DNA of 64,000 nt from an uncultured Anaerolineales bacterium (lineage in GTDB: Bacteria; Chloroflexota; Anaerolineae; B4-G1). Positions 39,813-49,406 of this stretch are shown piece by piece. Both the position numbers and the translations under genes were made by a program. The number at the start of each line of letters is the position of its first letter. Within the stretch, counting starts at the first letter, position 1. The stretch covers positions 112,527 to 176,526 of the forward strand of contig CAZNRX010000001.1 of NCBI GenBank assembly GCA_964575455.1, written 5' to 3'. A model generated the notes under the pieces. The model was not told the origin of the DNA, did no database searches, and saw only the letters and a list, made by a program, of their open reading frames with translations.

Positions 39813-39844
39813 TATGGCGCGTGGTTCTGGCCGACCACGCGCCA
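39813..39844. terminator. Strong GC hairpin (12-bp perfect stem ATGGCGCGTGGT/ACCACGCGCCAT, 8-nt loop), a candidate factor-independent terminator for the convergent ftsZ and aminotransferase transcripts; no U-tract.
   Basis: Perfect inverted repeat seen directly, located between two convergent genes. Confidence 0.45.
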
Positions 39845-39948
39845 TATCGGCCTGTGCCTGATCTCCTGGTCAGATGGGGGCTGGTGCGTGGCCGCGAGAT
39901 CGGGTGCAGCAAAAGCGACGGGGCGCGGGCTGACTCTGCCCGGGCTCC

Positions 39949-41121
39949 TCAAGGCTCGCCCGTAATGTTGAGGGCTGCCAACGCCTTCCGCATCCTCTCC
40001 AGCGCTTCGATCAGCATCGAGCGTGGACATCCGAAGTTCAGCCGTGCGAATCCCTCTCCCGCCTCACCAAAGACCGCGCCGTCGACCAGGGCCACCCTGG
40101 CTTCTTCCAGGAAGAACGTATAGGGATTGCCTGGGATACCAGACTGGTGGCAGCTCAGCCAGGCCAGATAGGTCCCCTCCGGCTTGCCCATCGTGATGCC
40201 GGGTAGCTCCCGATCCACGTAGTCCAGCAGAAAATCGCGATTCCCCTCCAGGTAACGCAGCACCGCGTCCAGCCAGGGCTGACCGTCGCGATAGGCCGCT
40301 AGAGCGGCCGTATACCCCAGCACGTTCACGCCTGACATCAGGCCGCCGTGTGTAGCCTTGAGGCTATCCCGGAGCTCCTGGTTCTCGACGATGGCCACCG
40401 CGCACTTGAGCCCGGCGATGTTGTACGTCTTGCTTGGTGCCATCAACGTGATCGACTGCTGCCCCACCTCCGGGGCCAGCGCTGCGATCGGCGTGTGCAC
40501 GTTGTCGTCGAGCAGCAGGTCGCAGTGAATCTCATCTGAACAGATGATGATCTCGTGTCGCAGACAGATCTCAGCCATCCTCTGCAGCTCATCGCGCCGG
40601 AAGACGCGTCCCACAGGGTTGTGGGGATTGCACAGGATGAAGATGCGGGTCCGGTCGCTGATGGTCCTCTCGAACAGGTCGAAGTCGATCTCGTAGGCTC
40701 CGTCCGACCGCCGGGTGAGTTCCATCTCATCGTTGATCAATCCGGCGTCGGCCGGGGCCTCCAGAATGGGCCGGTAGACCGGCGTTTGGACCAGCACACC
40801 CTCCCCAGGAGAGGCAATGGCGTGGCATGCCAGGTTGAAGCCAGGCACGACCCCCGACAGAAAGATCAGATCCTCTGGCGAGACGTGCCAATCGTAGCGT
40901 TCATGCAGCCGGCCGACGATCACCTCTCGAAGCCCGTCCGGCGCCGTGCCGTAGCCAAAGATGCCATGCTCGACCCGTTCCTGCAGGGCGCGTATGACAG
41001 GCTCCGGCGCCGGGAAGTCCATATCCGCCACCCACATGGGCAGGACATCCTCACCGTAGCGGTGCCATTTGATGCTTTCGAACCGTCGTCTGTCAATGCG
41101 TCTGTCGAAGTCGTAGATCAT
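39949..41121 (-). CDS. PLP-dependent aminotransferase class I/II, MalY/PatB-type C-S lyase (cystathionine beta-lyase-like).
   Basis: 'SKTYNIAGLKCA' PLP-lysine region and 'FILCNPHNPVGRVF'; MalY/PatB-like overall. Start at MIYDFD; the ORF extends 22 codons further upstream. Confidence 0.8.
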   Translation of the reverse strand: MIYDFDRRIDRRRFESIKWHRYGEDVLPMWVADMDFPAPEPVIRALQERVEHGIFGYGTAPDGLREVIVGRLHERYDWHVSPEDLIFLSGVVPGFNLACHAIASPGEGVLVQTPVYRPILEAPADAGLINDEMELTRRSDGAYEIDFDLFERTISDRTRIFILCNPHNPVGRVFRRDELQRMAEICLRHEIIICSDEIHCDLLLDDNVHTPIAALAPEVGQQSITLMAPSKTYNIAGLKCAVAIVENQELRDSLKATHGGLMSGVNVLGYTAALAAYRDGQPWLDAVLRYLEGNRDFLLDYVDRELPGITMGKPEGTYLAWLSCHQSGIPGNPYTFFLEEARVALVDGAVFGEAGEGFARLNFGCPRSMLIEALERMRKALAALNITGEP

Positions 41122-41287
41122 CGTGATGCTCAAATCCCCTTTTCCACGCGCCGAGGACGGCGACCGAGTCGCCATCCCTGCCTTCACCCATTCTATATCG
41201 GATGGGGCGGCTCGTCAACGCCAAACCCTTGTGCTCTGCTGGTACAGCCTTGCGCTTGAACTTTAAGATTATCTGTGCCATGCGGGC

Positions 41288-41374
41288 TTGCCCGCTGTCC
41301 CCGCCTATGGTATAATGGGGCCATACTATCCCCAACATATGGGGTTCACTACCCCACAAGACCCCATATGTGGG
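41288..41374 (+). promoter_or_regulatory. nrdR promoter (-35 TTGCCC at 41288-41293, 17-bp spacer, extended -10 TGgTATAAT at 41308-41316) followed by two NrdR-box-like palindromes (CCCAACATATGGGG at 41331-41344; CCCCATATGTGGG at 41362-41374).
   Basis: Two imperfect palindromes centred on CATATG, 29 bp centre-to-centre, downstream of the -10 box. This resembles tandem NrdR boxes (consensus roughly acaCwAtATaTwGtgt) and would imply autoregulation. Confidence 0.6.
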
Positions 41375-41486
41375 CACTCTGTCTCTTCAATGCATAATAG
41401 CAGTGAGCTCAGCGCATTGAGGCGCCAATGCGCTCAACATCTGCCCTCGGGCGGAGTATTCTCTGTTCAGCGTAGGAGAAAGGTTT

Positions 41487-41939
41487 ATGAGATGTCCATA
41501 TTGTGGCAGCAAACGCACTAGGGTCGTCGACACCGCGCGCAAGGAGCATAGCATCCGCCGTCGTCGAGAATGCAAGGAATGTGAGAAGCGCTTCTCGACC
41601 ATGGAGCGGGCCATTCTCACGACGCCACTGGTGGTCAAGCGTGACGGCCGCCGTGAGGCCTTCGACCGGGAGAAAGTTCTCTCTGGCCTGCGGGTCGCGT
41701 GCGCTCGGCGGCCCGTGTCGGCCGGCGATCTGGAGCGCGTGGTCGACCGGGTTGAGAGCCATATCCGCGAGTTGGGCAAGACCGAGATTCCCACCCGCGC
41801 CATCGGTGACGTCGTGATTGAGGAGCTGAAGTCCCTGGATCCTGTCTCCTACATTCGCTATGCCATCATCTACCTCGGGCTGGAGGATTTGGAGGCGGTG
41901 CGGACAGAGGTCAACCGCTTGCTGGAGGAACAGGAGTAG
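41487..41939 (+). CDS. nrdR: Transcriptional repressor NrdR (zinc ribbon + ATP-cone).
   Basis: 'MRCPYCGSKRTRVVDT...RRRECKECEKRFST' zinc ribbon and an ATP-cone domain; 150 aa. Confidence 0.93.
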   Translation: MRCPYCGSKRTRVVDTARKEHSIRRRRECKECEKRFSTMERAILTTPLVVKRDGRREAFDREKVLSGLRVACARRPVSAGDLERVVDRVESHIRELGKTEIPTRAIGDVVIEELKSLDPVSYIRYAIIYLGLEDLEAVRTEVNRLLEEQE

Positions 41940-42049
41940 CGTGGAGGGGCCGAGATGGAGCCGGGCCATAGCGTCGCACCCGCGATGCCGGTTGCCTGAT
42001 GGGGTGGCCGCAGGTTGATCGCGAGGGCGACGGAAGGAGTGAGGGTTCG

Positions 42050-42685
42050 ATGGCAGAGACACCAGATCTGAGCGGTGTGCCCCTGCGCCTGAACAAGCAC
42101 GTCTATGAGTATTATCAGTTTCAAGGATATGATACGAATGACTGCGGGCCTACCAGCGTGGCGATCGCGGTGAACGCCTTGTTGGGGGGCTGGGTGCTGG
42201 AGGGTCCGGTCGTGGCCGAGGAGATGAGCCACGTCGCCTTCGAGTGGAAGCCCCTGCCCCACCTGGTGGTGCCCCGCATTCCGAACTGGGCCACCTTCCC
42301 ATGGGGGATCGCCCACTACCTGCGGAAGCAGGGGTTCCGCGCCCGCTGGCGCCTGTTTGGGACGCTGGAGAGACTAGAGCGCAACCTGCGCGCTGATCTG
42401 CTGACGATGGTCATAGTAGGCGAGCCTTGGAAATGGGCTAGGGACGATCCAGATCAGTCCGGGCGGGAGCGATGGGTCTATGATGGATGGGGGCACGTCA
42501 AGATCCTCTATGGTCAGCTGCCGGGGCGCAGGTTGTACTTCGTCGATCCCGGCTGGAACGCCGAGAACAGAGAGGATCCCTTGGAGCGGTTTGGCATCTT
42601 TTCGCAGGAGGAGGACCAATTCCTTCGTGAGTGGCGGAACTTGCTGCGTATCTTCATTGAGGTGGAGGAGAATCCGCGAGCCTAA
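42050..42685 (+). CDS. Papain-like cysteine peptidase, C39-like domain protein (hypothetical).
   Basis: 'QFQGYDTNDCGPTSVAIAVNAL' fits the C39/C39-like Cys motif (Q...xDCGxxxLxM), with a downstream 'GHVKILYG' His. GAGGG RBS before MAETPD. Confidence 0.5.
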   Translation: MAETPDLSGVPLRLNKHVYEYYQFQGYDTNDCGPTSVAIAVNALLGGWVLEGPVVAEEMSHVAFEWKPLPHLVVPRIPNWATFPWGIAHYLRKQGFRARWRLFGTLERLERNLRADLLTMVIVGEPWKWARDDPDQSGRERWVYDGWGHVKILYGQLPGRRLYFVDPGWNAENREDPLERFGIFSQEEDQFLREWRNLLRIFIEVEENPRA

Positions 42686-42761
42686 GACCGGATGACGAAG
42701 GTGGGTGAGGTGCTCCCTGAGCCTGCCTGTTGAGTATGTTGCATAGCATGAGGAGAACAGC

Positions 42762-43139
42762 ATGTCAGATCGCAATGCCGCGTCGCCTAAGATGACTGCG
42801 CCCATCCATGAGCTTCTCATCGTTTGGACCAGCGGCGACCGGGACGTCGCGCTGAAGATGGTCTTCATGTACGCCGCCAACGCCAAACGACATGATTGGT
42901 GGGATGAGGTCAATCTACTCGTCTGGGGCTCCTCGCAGAAGCTGCTGGCGGAGGACTCGGAGCTCCAGGCCGAGCTGACCACGATGATCGAGCTGGGTGT
43001 GCACGTGGGCGCGTGCAAGGCCTGCGCCGACGGCTACTCGGTCACCGAGCAGCTCGAGGAGCTGGGCGTGGAGGTCTTCTACAGCGGCGAGTACCTGACC
43101 GACTGGATCAAGTCGGGCCGGGCCGTGATCACATTCTAG
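42762..43139 (+). CDS. DsrE/DsrF/TusD-like sulfur-relay family protein.
   Basis: ~125 aa with 'LIVWTSGD' and 'GACKACADGY' characteristic of the DsrE fold. Confidence 0.6.
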   Translation: MSDRNAASPKMTAPIHELLIVWTSGDRDVALKMVFMYAANAKRHDWWDEVNLLVWGSSQKLLAEDSELQAELTTMIELGVHVGACKACADGYSVTEQLEELGVEVFYSGEYLTDWIKSGRAVITF

Positions 43140-43149
43140 GCCCAGCCCC

Positions 43150-43272
43150 GGTGCGTTGGTGCATTGCACGTGCCGTGCGTGCGGGCCACCTGGCGGAGTA
43201 CGGTGCGTTGCACGTGCTGTGCGTGCGGGCCACCTGGCGGAGTACGGTGCGTTGCACGTGCCGTGCGTGCGA
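43150..43272 (+). repeat. Tandem repeat, ~44-bp unit x2.7 (ggtgcgttgcacgtgcYgtgcgtgcgggccacctggcggagtac), each copy carrying the palindrome GCACGTGC.
   Basis: Copies at 43150-43201 (with an 8-bp internal duplication), 43202-43245 and 43246-43272 (partial). GCACGTGC at 43166, 43210 and 43254, exactly 44 bp apart. Confidence 0.9.
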
Positions 43273-43313
43273 CGCATCTGGAGCAGAGCAGCGAGCTGCA
43301 CGTTTGGAGATAC

Positions 43314-43559
43314 ATGGACGAGGAACACACAGACATATCGGACGATGCCAACCAGCGCGAGCTGGAGGAGGCCCCCAACGGGCCGCTCAAGATCGTGATG
43401 GACGCGCGGGATCTGGAGTTCCTCGATGGGGCGTTTGGAGCGGTCACGGCGTTCTTCATGCTGATGTACGTCGACCAGGCCGACTTCCTCGGAAGAGGTG
43501 GAGACAGGATACGGGGTTCTCTGGCCCGAGAGGCCATTGGACGTCCGTCGCTACGTTGA
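43314..43559 (+). CDS. Small acidic hypothetical protein (81 aa).
   Basis: GGAGA RBS before the ATG at 43314. The longer listed ORF starts inside the tandem repeat and is unlikely to be coding there. Confidence 0.35.
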   Translation: MDEEHTDISDDANQRELEEAPNGPLKIVMDARDLEFLDGAFGAVTAFFMLMYVDQADFLGRGGDRIRGSLAREAIGRPSLR

Positions 43560-43700
43560 GCTGGCGCGGCAGGTGGGATTCGACATAGAGGAGCGATGGG
43601 AGAGTGATCGGGTTTTTCGTCTCTCACTGCGCAAAGCGTGAGATGGGTCGACAGAGGGCGTGCCGATGATGGAAGCAATTTCAGTGAAGGAGGATAGACG

Positions 43701-44477
43701 GTGGAGGAGATGACGACGATGGCGTCGCTGCGAGAGGTTTTTACGTTTCCTTTTCGCGGTCCCGACTGGAAGCAGCCCTTCATCATCGGGTCCGTGCTAC
43801 TGATCGTGAGCTTCTTCATCCCGATCCTGCCGCTGATCTTCGTCTGCGGCTACGTGCTCGTGGTGATGCGTCAGGCCATCCGGGGGAATGAGCTCACCCT
43901 GCCGCGTTGGGACGACTGGGGCAAGCTGGCGGGGGACGGCCTGCGCGCCATGCTGGTTGGCTTCATCTACCTGCTGCCGGGGCTGTTGGTCGCGTCTGGC
44001 GGCTTTGCGCTATACCTTGCGACCACGTTTGCTATGCCCTTCGCCATCGAGGCTGGAGACGAAACCCTCTGGCCGCTCCTCTTCTTCGGCAGCTTCGCCA
44101 TTATGTTCCTCTCGATGTTTCTCGGGACCCTGCTCACGCTGTTAGGGGCGATTCCACTGCCGATAGCCACTGCGCACTTCATTGACGAGGACGACCTGTC
44201 GGCCGCTTTTCGATTCCGTCAGTGGTGGCGGCTGCTGCGCGCGAACCCGATGGGCGTCTTCATCGCCTGGGTGATGGTGGCTGGGCTGATGGCCATCGTC
44301 TATCTGGTCGTCTTGCTGGCCTACTACACACTTGTGCTGTGCTGCGCGGTCCCGTTCCTGGCGAGTCCCATCGGCTTCTACGTCCTGCTGGTGAGCGCCG
44401 CCATCTTTGGGCGCACCTATCGGGAGAGCTGGCGGATGGTGGCGGACAGCCGTGTTGCAGAGAAAAACGGGCCGTGA
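43701..44477 (+). CDS. Polytopic membrane protein (DUF4013-like), 258 aa.
   Basis: 6-7 TM helices with the conserved-looking '[10 protein letters not shown]' and '[11 protein letters not shown]' segments. GGAGGAG RBS. Immediately upstream of nrdJ. Confidence 0.55.
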   Translation: MEEMTTMASLREVFTFPFRGPDWKQPFIIGSVLLIVSFFIPILPLIFVCGYVLVVMRQAIRGNELTLPRWDDWGKLAGDGLRAMLVGFIYLLPGLLVASGGFALYLATTFAMPFAIEAGDETLWPLLFFGSFAIMFLSMFLGTLLTLLGAIPLPIATAHFIDEDDLSAAFRFRQWWRLLRANPMGVFIAWVMVAGLMAIVYLVVLLAYYTLVLCCAVPFLASPIGFYVLLVSAAIFGRTYRESWRMVADSRVAEKNGP

Positions 44478-44572
44478 AAGAAGCTTGCGCTTCAGCTTTC
44501 GCATCGGAACCGCGCAACTTTGGCCCGATACGTTACTTGACCCCTTCGGCCCATACCGAGATTGGAGAGAAT

Positions 44573-47023
44573 ATGACGATACAGGAAACAATGGAGATTG
44601 ACGCACCTAATCAGGAGGCATCCATTGAAGACAGGCTTTCCGAGAACGCCCTGAAGGTCTTCCAGCGCCGTTACGTGCGCAAAGGACCGGACGGACAGCC
44701 CGTGGAAACGGTAGCGGGTGTCTTTCGTCGTGTCGCCTCCCATGTCGCCGCTGCCGAGGAGGGCCTCAACGGCGACGCTCAGCGGGCGGAGAAGATCTTC
44801 TTCGACCTTATGACCCGGCTCCACTTCCTGCCCAACTCGCCGACCTTCACCGGCGCGGGCACGCCTCTCTCACAGCTGGCGGCCTGCTTCGTCCTACCTA
44901 TCTCCGACGACATGGGGCGTCGGGATGATGGCATCTTCGAGACGCTGCGGGACATGGCGCTGATTCAACAGACCGGTGGCGGTACCGGCTTCTCGTTCTC
45001 CCGTCTGCGGCCTAAGAGCGCCGTCGTTCATTCCAGCGGCGGCGAGGCCACCGGCCCAGTCGGCTTCATGCAGGTCTACGACACCGCCTCCGAGATCATC
45101 AGCCAGGGCGGAGCGCGGCGCGGCGCGAACATGGCGGTCCTCCACGTCAACCATCCCGACATCCGCGACTTCATTCACTGCAAGTCGAGTGAGTACGCCA
45201 TCACCAACTTCAACATCTCCGTCGGCATCACGGATGACTTCATGCGGGCCGTCGCCCAGGACGAGAACGTCGACCTGGTCAACCCTCAGGATGGGGAGGT
45301 ATGGGAGACCGTCGCCGCCCGGGAGCTGTTCGACGAGATGGTGAAAGCGGCCCATCGGAACGGCGAGCCAGGCTTGCTCTTCTTGGACACGGCCAATCGG
45401 GACAATCCCACGCCCCATCTGGGCGACTATGAGGCGACCAATCCGTGCGGAGAGCAGCCCTTGCTCCCCTATGAGAACTGCTGCCTGGGATCCATCAACC
45501 TGGCGCGTCACGTGAGGCCGGCCAGCAACGACGGCAGGCGCGCGGTCAGGGTGGTCGACTGGGAGAAGCTTGAGGAGACGATCCGACAGGCGGTCCGCTT
45601 CCTCGACGATGTCGTCGGCGCCAACGGATACGTGCCGGCCGTGCCCGAGCTGCGCGAGGCTGCTCGGCGCACGCGCCGCATCGGCCTGGGCATCACCGGG
45701 CTGGGCGACGTGCTCTATCAACTCCGCGTGCGCTACGGCAGCCAGGAGGCGCGAGATCTGGCCGGCCAGTTGATGGCCTTCATCCGCTACCACGCTATGC
45801 GCACCAGCGTCGACCTGGCGCGCGAGCGAGGCCCCTTCCCGGCCATCGAGGGCAGCGTCTACGATCCTGCGGACGTGCGCTGGGAGCCACCCCAGCCCGT
45901 CGAGCCCTTCGACCCGTCGAACCATTGGGGTCGGCCCTCGCTCCATTGGGACGCCCTCGTGGCCGATATCGAGCGTCACGGCATCCGGAACGCGGCCCAG
46001 ACGACCATCGCGCCGACGGGCACCCGCTCGACCATCGCCGGCATAGAGGCCTACGGCTGCGAGCCGGTCTTCGCTCTTGCCTACGTGCGTCACATGAACG
46101 ACAACGGTCAGGACGTGGAACTCGAGTACACCAGCCCTCTCTTCCTGCAGGCCCTGACGGAGGCCGGGTTGGACGAGGCGTCGCGCCAGCAGATCATCGA
46201 GCAGGTAGCGGTCTCTGGGAGCTGTCAGGACGTGGAGCAGGTTCCCGAGGCCATCCGCGAGGTCTTTGTCGTGGCCCAGGACGTTCCCGCGGAAGAGCAT
46301 GTCCGCATGCAGGCCGCGCTTCAGGCCTTCGTGGATGCCTCCATCAGCAAGACCATCAACTTCCCGGGCGACGCAGAGCCTGAGGAGGTGGCTCGCGCGT
46401 TTGAGCTGGCCTGGAAGCTGGGATGCAAGGGCCTCACTGTCTACGTGACGGGCTCGCGCGAGAAAGTGGTGCTGGAGACGAAGGAGACGAGGCAGGCCAA
46501 GCAGCGGCCCACGGCCGGCATGATGTCCACCGATGTGCGGCCGCGCCCTCACACGCTGGAGGGCAAGACCTACAGAGTGCAGACCCCCCTGGGCACAGCC
46601 TACACCACGGTCAACGTCAACGGCGACGGCGAGCCGTTCGAGGTGTTTCTCAACGTGGGCAAGGCCGGGTCGGACACAGCGGCGGTGGCGGAGGCTATCG
46701 GGCGCCTGGTCTCGTTGGTTCTGCGTTTGCCCTCACCCCTCTCGTCCAGGCGGAGGCTGAACCAGGTGGTTCGACAGCTGCGGGGCATCGGCAGTGGTCG
46801 CTCGTTGGGCTTTGGACGTGACCGGGTGCGCAGCCTCCCGGACGGCGTGGCGCAGGTGCTGGCCGAGCACCTGGGCCTTGCGGAGCCCGTGGAGGGCGCC
46901 AAGAGGAGCGAGCAGCTCCCACTCTTCCCGGAGGGCGATCTCTGTCCCGAGTGTGGTCAGGCTTCACTCGTCTTCGAGGAGGGCTGTCGCCACTGCTACA
47001 ACTGCGGCTACAGCGAATGCTAG
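44573..47023 (+). CDS. nrdJ: Adenosylcobalamin-dependent (class II) ribonucleoside-diphosphate/triphosphate reductase NrdJ.
   Basis: 816 aa with '[12 protein letters not shown]', '[11 protein letters not shown]' and '[21 protein letters not shown]' active-site regions, and a C-terminal CxxC...CxxC zinc ribbon. GGAGAGA RBS. The listed ORF starts 117 codons too early. Confidence 0.92.
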   Translation: MTIQETMEIDAPNQEASIEDRLSENALKVFQRRYVRKGPDGQPVETVAGVFRRVASHVAAAEEGLNGDAQRAEKIFFDLMTRLHFLPNSPTFTGAGTPLSQLAACFVLPISDDMGRRDDGIFETLRDMALIQQTGGGTGFSFSRLRPKSAVVHSSGGEATGPVGFMQVYDTASEIISQGGARRGANMAVLHVNHPDIRDFIHCKSSEYAITNFNISVGITDDFMRAVAQDENVDLVNPQDGEVWETVAARELFDEMVKAAHRNGEPGLLFLDTANRDNPTPHLGDYEATNPCGEQPLLPYENCCLGSINLARHVRPASNDGRRAVRVVDWEKLEETIRQAVRFLDDVVGANGYVPAVPELREAARRTRRIGLGITGLGDVLYQLRVRYGSQEARDLAGQLMAFIRYHAMRTSVDLARERGPFPAIEGSVYDPADVRWEPPQPVEPFDPSNHWGRPSLHWDALVADIERHGIRNAAQTTIAPTGTRSTIAGIEAYGCEPVFALAYVRHMNDNGQDVELEYTSPLFLQALTEAGLDEASRQQIIEQVAVSGSCQDVEQVPEAIREVFVVAQDVPAEEHVRMQAALQAFVDASISKTINFPGDAEPEEVARAFELAWKLGCKGLTVYVTGSREKVVLETKETRQAKQRPTAGMMSTDVRPRPHTLEGKTYRVQTPLGTAYTTVNVNGDGEPFEVFLNVGKAGSDTAAVAEAIGRLVSLVLRLPSPLSSRRRLNQVVRQLRGIGSGRSLGFGRDRVRSLPDGVAQVLAEHLGLAEPVEGAKRSEQLPLFPEGDLCPECGQASLVFEEGCRHCYNCGYSEC

Positions 47024-47041
47024 GTGTTTCTGGAGGGGGGA

Positions 47042-48058
47042 CTACACCACCTCCACGTTCAGCGCGGAGAGGACCGCGTCGATCGGGTTGAGGATCGTCG
47101 CGGCCGGTGACCCCGCGAAGAGCAGGCCCACCACGCGCTTCTCCATGTCCAGCACCGCCGATCCGGAGTCCCCACCCTCGCTCATGGGGCTGGCGATCAA
47201 CTGCCCCGTGAAGAGCGCCTTCGGGCCGTAGTAGTCGATGCGCACCGTGGCGTCGACCTGGGTGATGGTCCCCTTGGTGTAGCCCGTGGTCCGGCCTGAC
47301 TTCTGCACCTCGGTCCCCAGCGACGCTGTGCCGACGCCCACCGGCGTGCCAATGCCCAGGATCTCGTTGGTCACCTGATTCGGCGAGAGCGGTCGCGCCA
47401 GAGCGGCGTCCACTCGATTGGCCGCCTCGCTCCTCTTCACCGCCTCGAGCTCGTGGCGCGACCCCAGGGCCCCTGCGATGACGTTCATGAGCTTCGCCGT
47501 CCAGTCGGCGATGTCGCACTCGGACGGCTCCGAGTCGAAGATCAGAGGCACGTACTCCGCCAGCCTGGCGATCCGGTCCTCCGGCCCGCCACCGTCCGCG
47601 GATCCGGGCTGGAGGATCGGGTCCCAGATCTCGCACGTGTTGGTGTTGGCGAGCACATGGTTGTTGGAGAGGATGAACAGCTCTTCGTCGCGGTGTACCA
47701 GGCAGCCGAACGTGCCGGCGGTGATCAGGTAGTGTCCCACAGAGACGCCGGGTGGGATGACCGGTCGCCAGCGGTCTTGCGGCCCCAGCTCCTCCCCTCC
47801 GGAGGGGAGGGCGCGCAGCAGCCCCGTCTCGACCACATCTGTCTTGACGTTCTCCACCTTCGGGGGCACCAGATCTCGTGCCGTCAGCGCGGCGGCTGGC
47901 TCCTTGTGCGTCACCGAAACCACGACGCTCAGCTCCCCGGTGTTCTCCCCTTGGCTTACCTTGTAGCCCAGGCCAACGCCCACCACGTTGCGCTTCCCCA
48001 GTAGATCGACGGCATGCGTCTCCTTGGCGCTTTTCGCCTGAGCGAGTCCATGCACCAT
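47042..48058 (-). CDS. Chymotrypsin-fold (S1-like) serine peptidase with an N-terminal ~90-aa accessory domain.
   Basis: Candidate triad His 'GHYLITAGTFGC', Asp, and Ser 'GDSGSAVLD'. AGGAGGTGA RBS. The N-domain 'NVVGVGLGYK...ELSVVVSVTHKEP' is paralogous to the upstream small ORF. Confidence 0.7.
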   Translation of the reverse strand: MVHGLAQAKSAKETHAVDLLGKRNVVGVGLGYKVSQGENTGELSVVVSVTHKEPAAALTARDLVPPKVENVKTDVVETGLLRALPSGGEELGPQDRWRPVIPPGVSVGHYLITAGTFGCLVHRDEELFILSNNHVLANTNTCEIWDPILQPGSADGGGPEDRIARLAEYVPLIFDSEPSECDIADWTAKLMNVIAGALGSRHELEAVKRSEAANRVDAALARPLSPNQVTNEILGIGTPVGVGTASLGTEVQKSGRTTGYTKGTITQVDATVRIDYYGPKALFTGQLIASPMSEGGDSGSAVLDMEKRVVGLLFAGSPAATILNPIDAVLSALNVEVV

Positions 48059-48099
48059 CGCGTCACCTCCTAAACACGAAAACCACGAACTACGCTGCT

Positions 48100-48366
48100 C
48101 TATGTGAGTGCCCGGAACTGGCCCACAGCCTCGATGTCCACAGGCACGCCATCCAACTCATGCGGTACGATGTCCTTTGCCTTGAGCTTCGAACGGGGTA
48201 CCTTGTGCGTCACCGAGACGACGATGGCTGGTTCGTCCGTTAGCCTCCCACGCCGTCTGCGAAACCCGATGCCTACGCCAACCACGTTAGCCTTCCGCAT
48301 CAGCCTACCCTCGTGCTTCGTCTTGACGCGTCGGAGCCGCTTCATCTGTTCCTTCGATACTGGCAT
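48100..48366 (-). CDS. Stand-alone 88-aa protein homologous to the N-terminal domain of the adjacent S1-like peptidase.
   Basis: 'NVVGVGIGFRRRRGRLTDEPAIVVSVTHKVPRSKLKAKDIVPHELDGVPVDIEAVG' aligns with the protease N-domain. GGAGGAG RBS 7 nt before the ATG at 48366. The longer 317-aa listed ORF upstream of this Met is GC-rich antisense. Confidence 0.6.
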   Translation of the reverse strand: MPVSKEQMKRLRRVKTKHEGRLMRKANVVGVGIGFRRRRGRLTDEPAIVVSVTHKVPRSKLKAKDIVPHELDGVPVDIEAVGQFRALT

Positions 48367-48416
48367 GTCTCTCTCCTCCGTCCCGGTCGGTGGCCGGACC
48401 CTTCCTCCACGCTCGC

Positions 48417-49406
48417 CTACTCTGATGTGGAGATGAGGCGCATCTGCATCAACTGGGCCTGCTGCGTCGCGGCCAAGGCCTGGAGCCTCCTGTCGCCGCT
48501 CTGATCGGCTAGCTCGGCCGCTCGCTCTAGGTCGGCCAGAGCAGCGTCGTAGTCCTTCTCCGCGGCGGCCACTCCGGCTCGCATATAGTATCCCCAACCT
48601 GACGTCGGATCCAGGTCGATGGCCTTGTTGGCGTCGGCCCTCGACTTCGCCACGTCGCCCGCCTGCAGGTAGATTGGGGCCCGGTTGAGGACGAAATCGA
48701 ACCGCGTCTCGTAGAGGGGCTCGGCGGCAGCGAAGGCTTCCTCGGCCTGGGTCGATGCCCCAAGCTGGCCGTGCAGCACCCCTTTCCAGAGCCACGGTTC
48801 GGGATCGTCTGGGGTGAGCTCCGTCGCGGCGTTGAACGCCGCGAGCGCCGCTCGCAGGTCCCCCTCCGCAACCTGATATCTGCCTGCTTCCATGTGCCGT
48901 AACGCCTCGCCCACCTCCGGAGGGGGGGCGAGGAATCGCTCGTAGGCCAGCCACGCGCCCGCCAGAAGGACGATGACGGCCAGCGCGCCCGCCGCCAACC
49001 GCATTAGCCTGCGGCGCCGTTGCCTGGCGGCCGCTTCGTCCAGGTGCCACCACCAGTTGTCGGATAGGGAATCCCGACTGCTGCGCCTAGCTTCTTCGAG
49101 GGCCCAGCCTGCCTGTTTCAGGAAGCGCTCCTTGCGGTGCTGCAGCTGCCGCTGAAGGGTCTCGAACCTCGTCTGCTCGATGCGCACGTCCACGTCCTGC
49201 TGCCCGAGATCGTGCAGCTCGTGGTCGATGCGGTCCAGGAGGTGGAGCAGCTCCAGTGGATTCGACAAGGTGGATCGGTCTCCCACCTCAGACGCCCGCG
49301 AGCCGGCGTCGCTCAGGGCAGAGATCGCGCGCTCGGCCTGATCCAGCGCTTCGCGTACGCGGTCGATCGTCGTGCGGCTCTTGGATGGGACGTAGAGCTT
49401 ACCCAT
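48417..49406 (-). CDS. TPR-repeat protein with one TM helix.
   Basis: TM 'LAAGALAVIVLLAGAWLAY' followed by several TPR-like helical pairs. Start uncertain (MGKLYV at 49406 or upstream at 49538). Confidence 0.55.
   Translation of the reverse strand: MGKLYVPSKSRTTIDRVREALDQAERAISALSDAGSRASEVGDRSTLSNPLELLHLLDRIDHELHDLGQQDVDVRIEQTRFETLQRQLQHRKERFLKQAGWALEEARRSSRDSLSDNWWWHLDEAAARQRRRRLMRLAAGALAVIVLLAGAWLAYERFLAPPPEVGEALRHMEAGRYQVAEGDLRAALAAFNAATELTPDDPEPWLWKGVLHGQLGASTQAEEAFAAAEPLYETRFDFVLNRAPIYLQAGDVAKSRADANKAIDLDPTSGWGYYMRAGVAAAEKDYDAALADLERAAELADQSGDRRLQALAATQQAQLMQMRLISTSE

Noticed and set aside
44478-44572. Looked for a cobalamin riboswitch or NrdR boxes upstream of nrdJ.
   Set aside because: No B12-box-like or CATATG-centred palindromes were visible; only a weak TTGACC hexamer. 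This cannot be excluded without a covariance-model scan.
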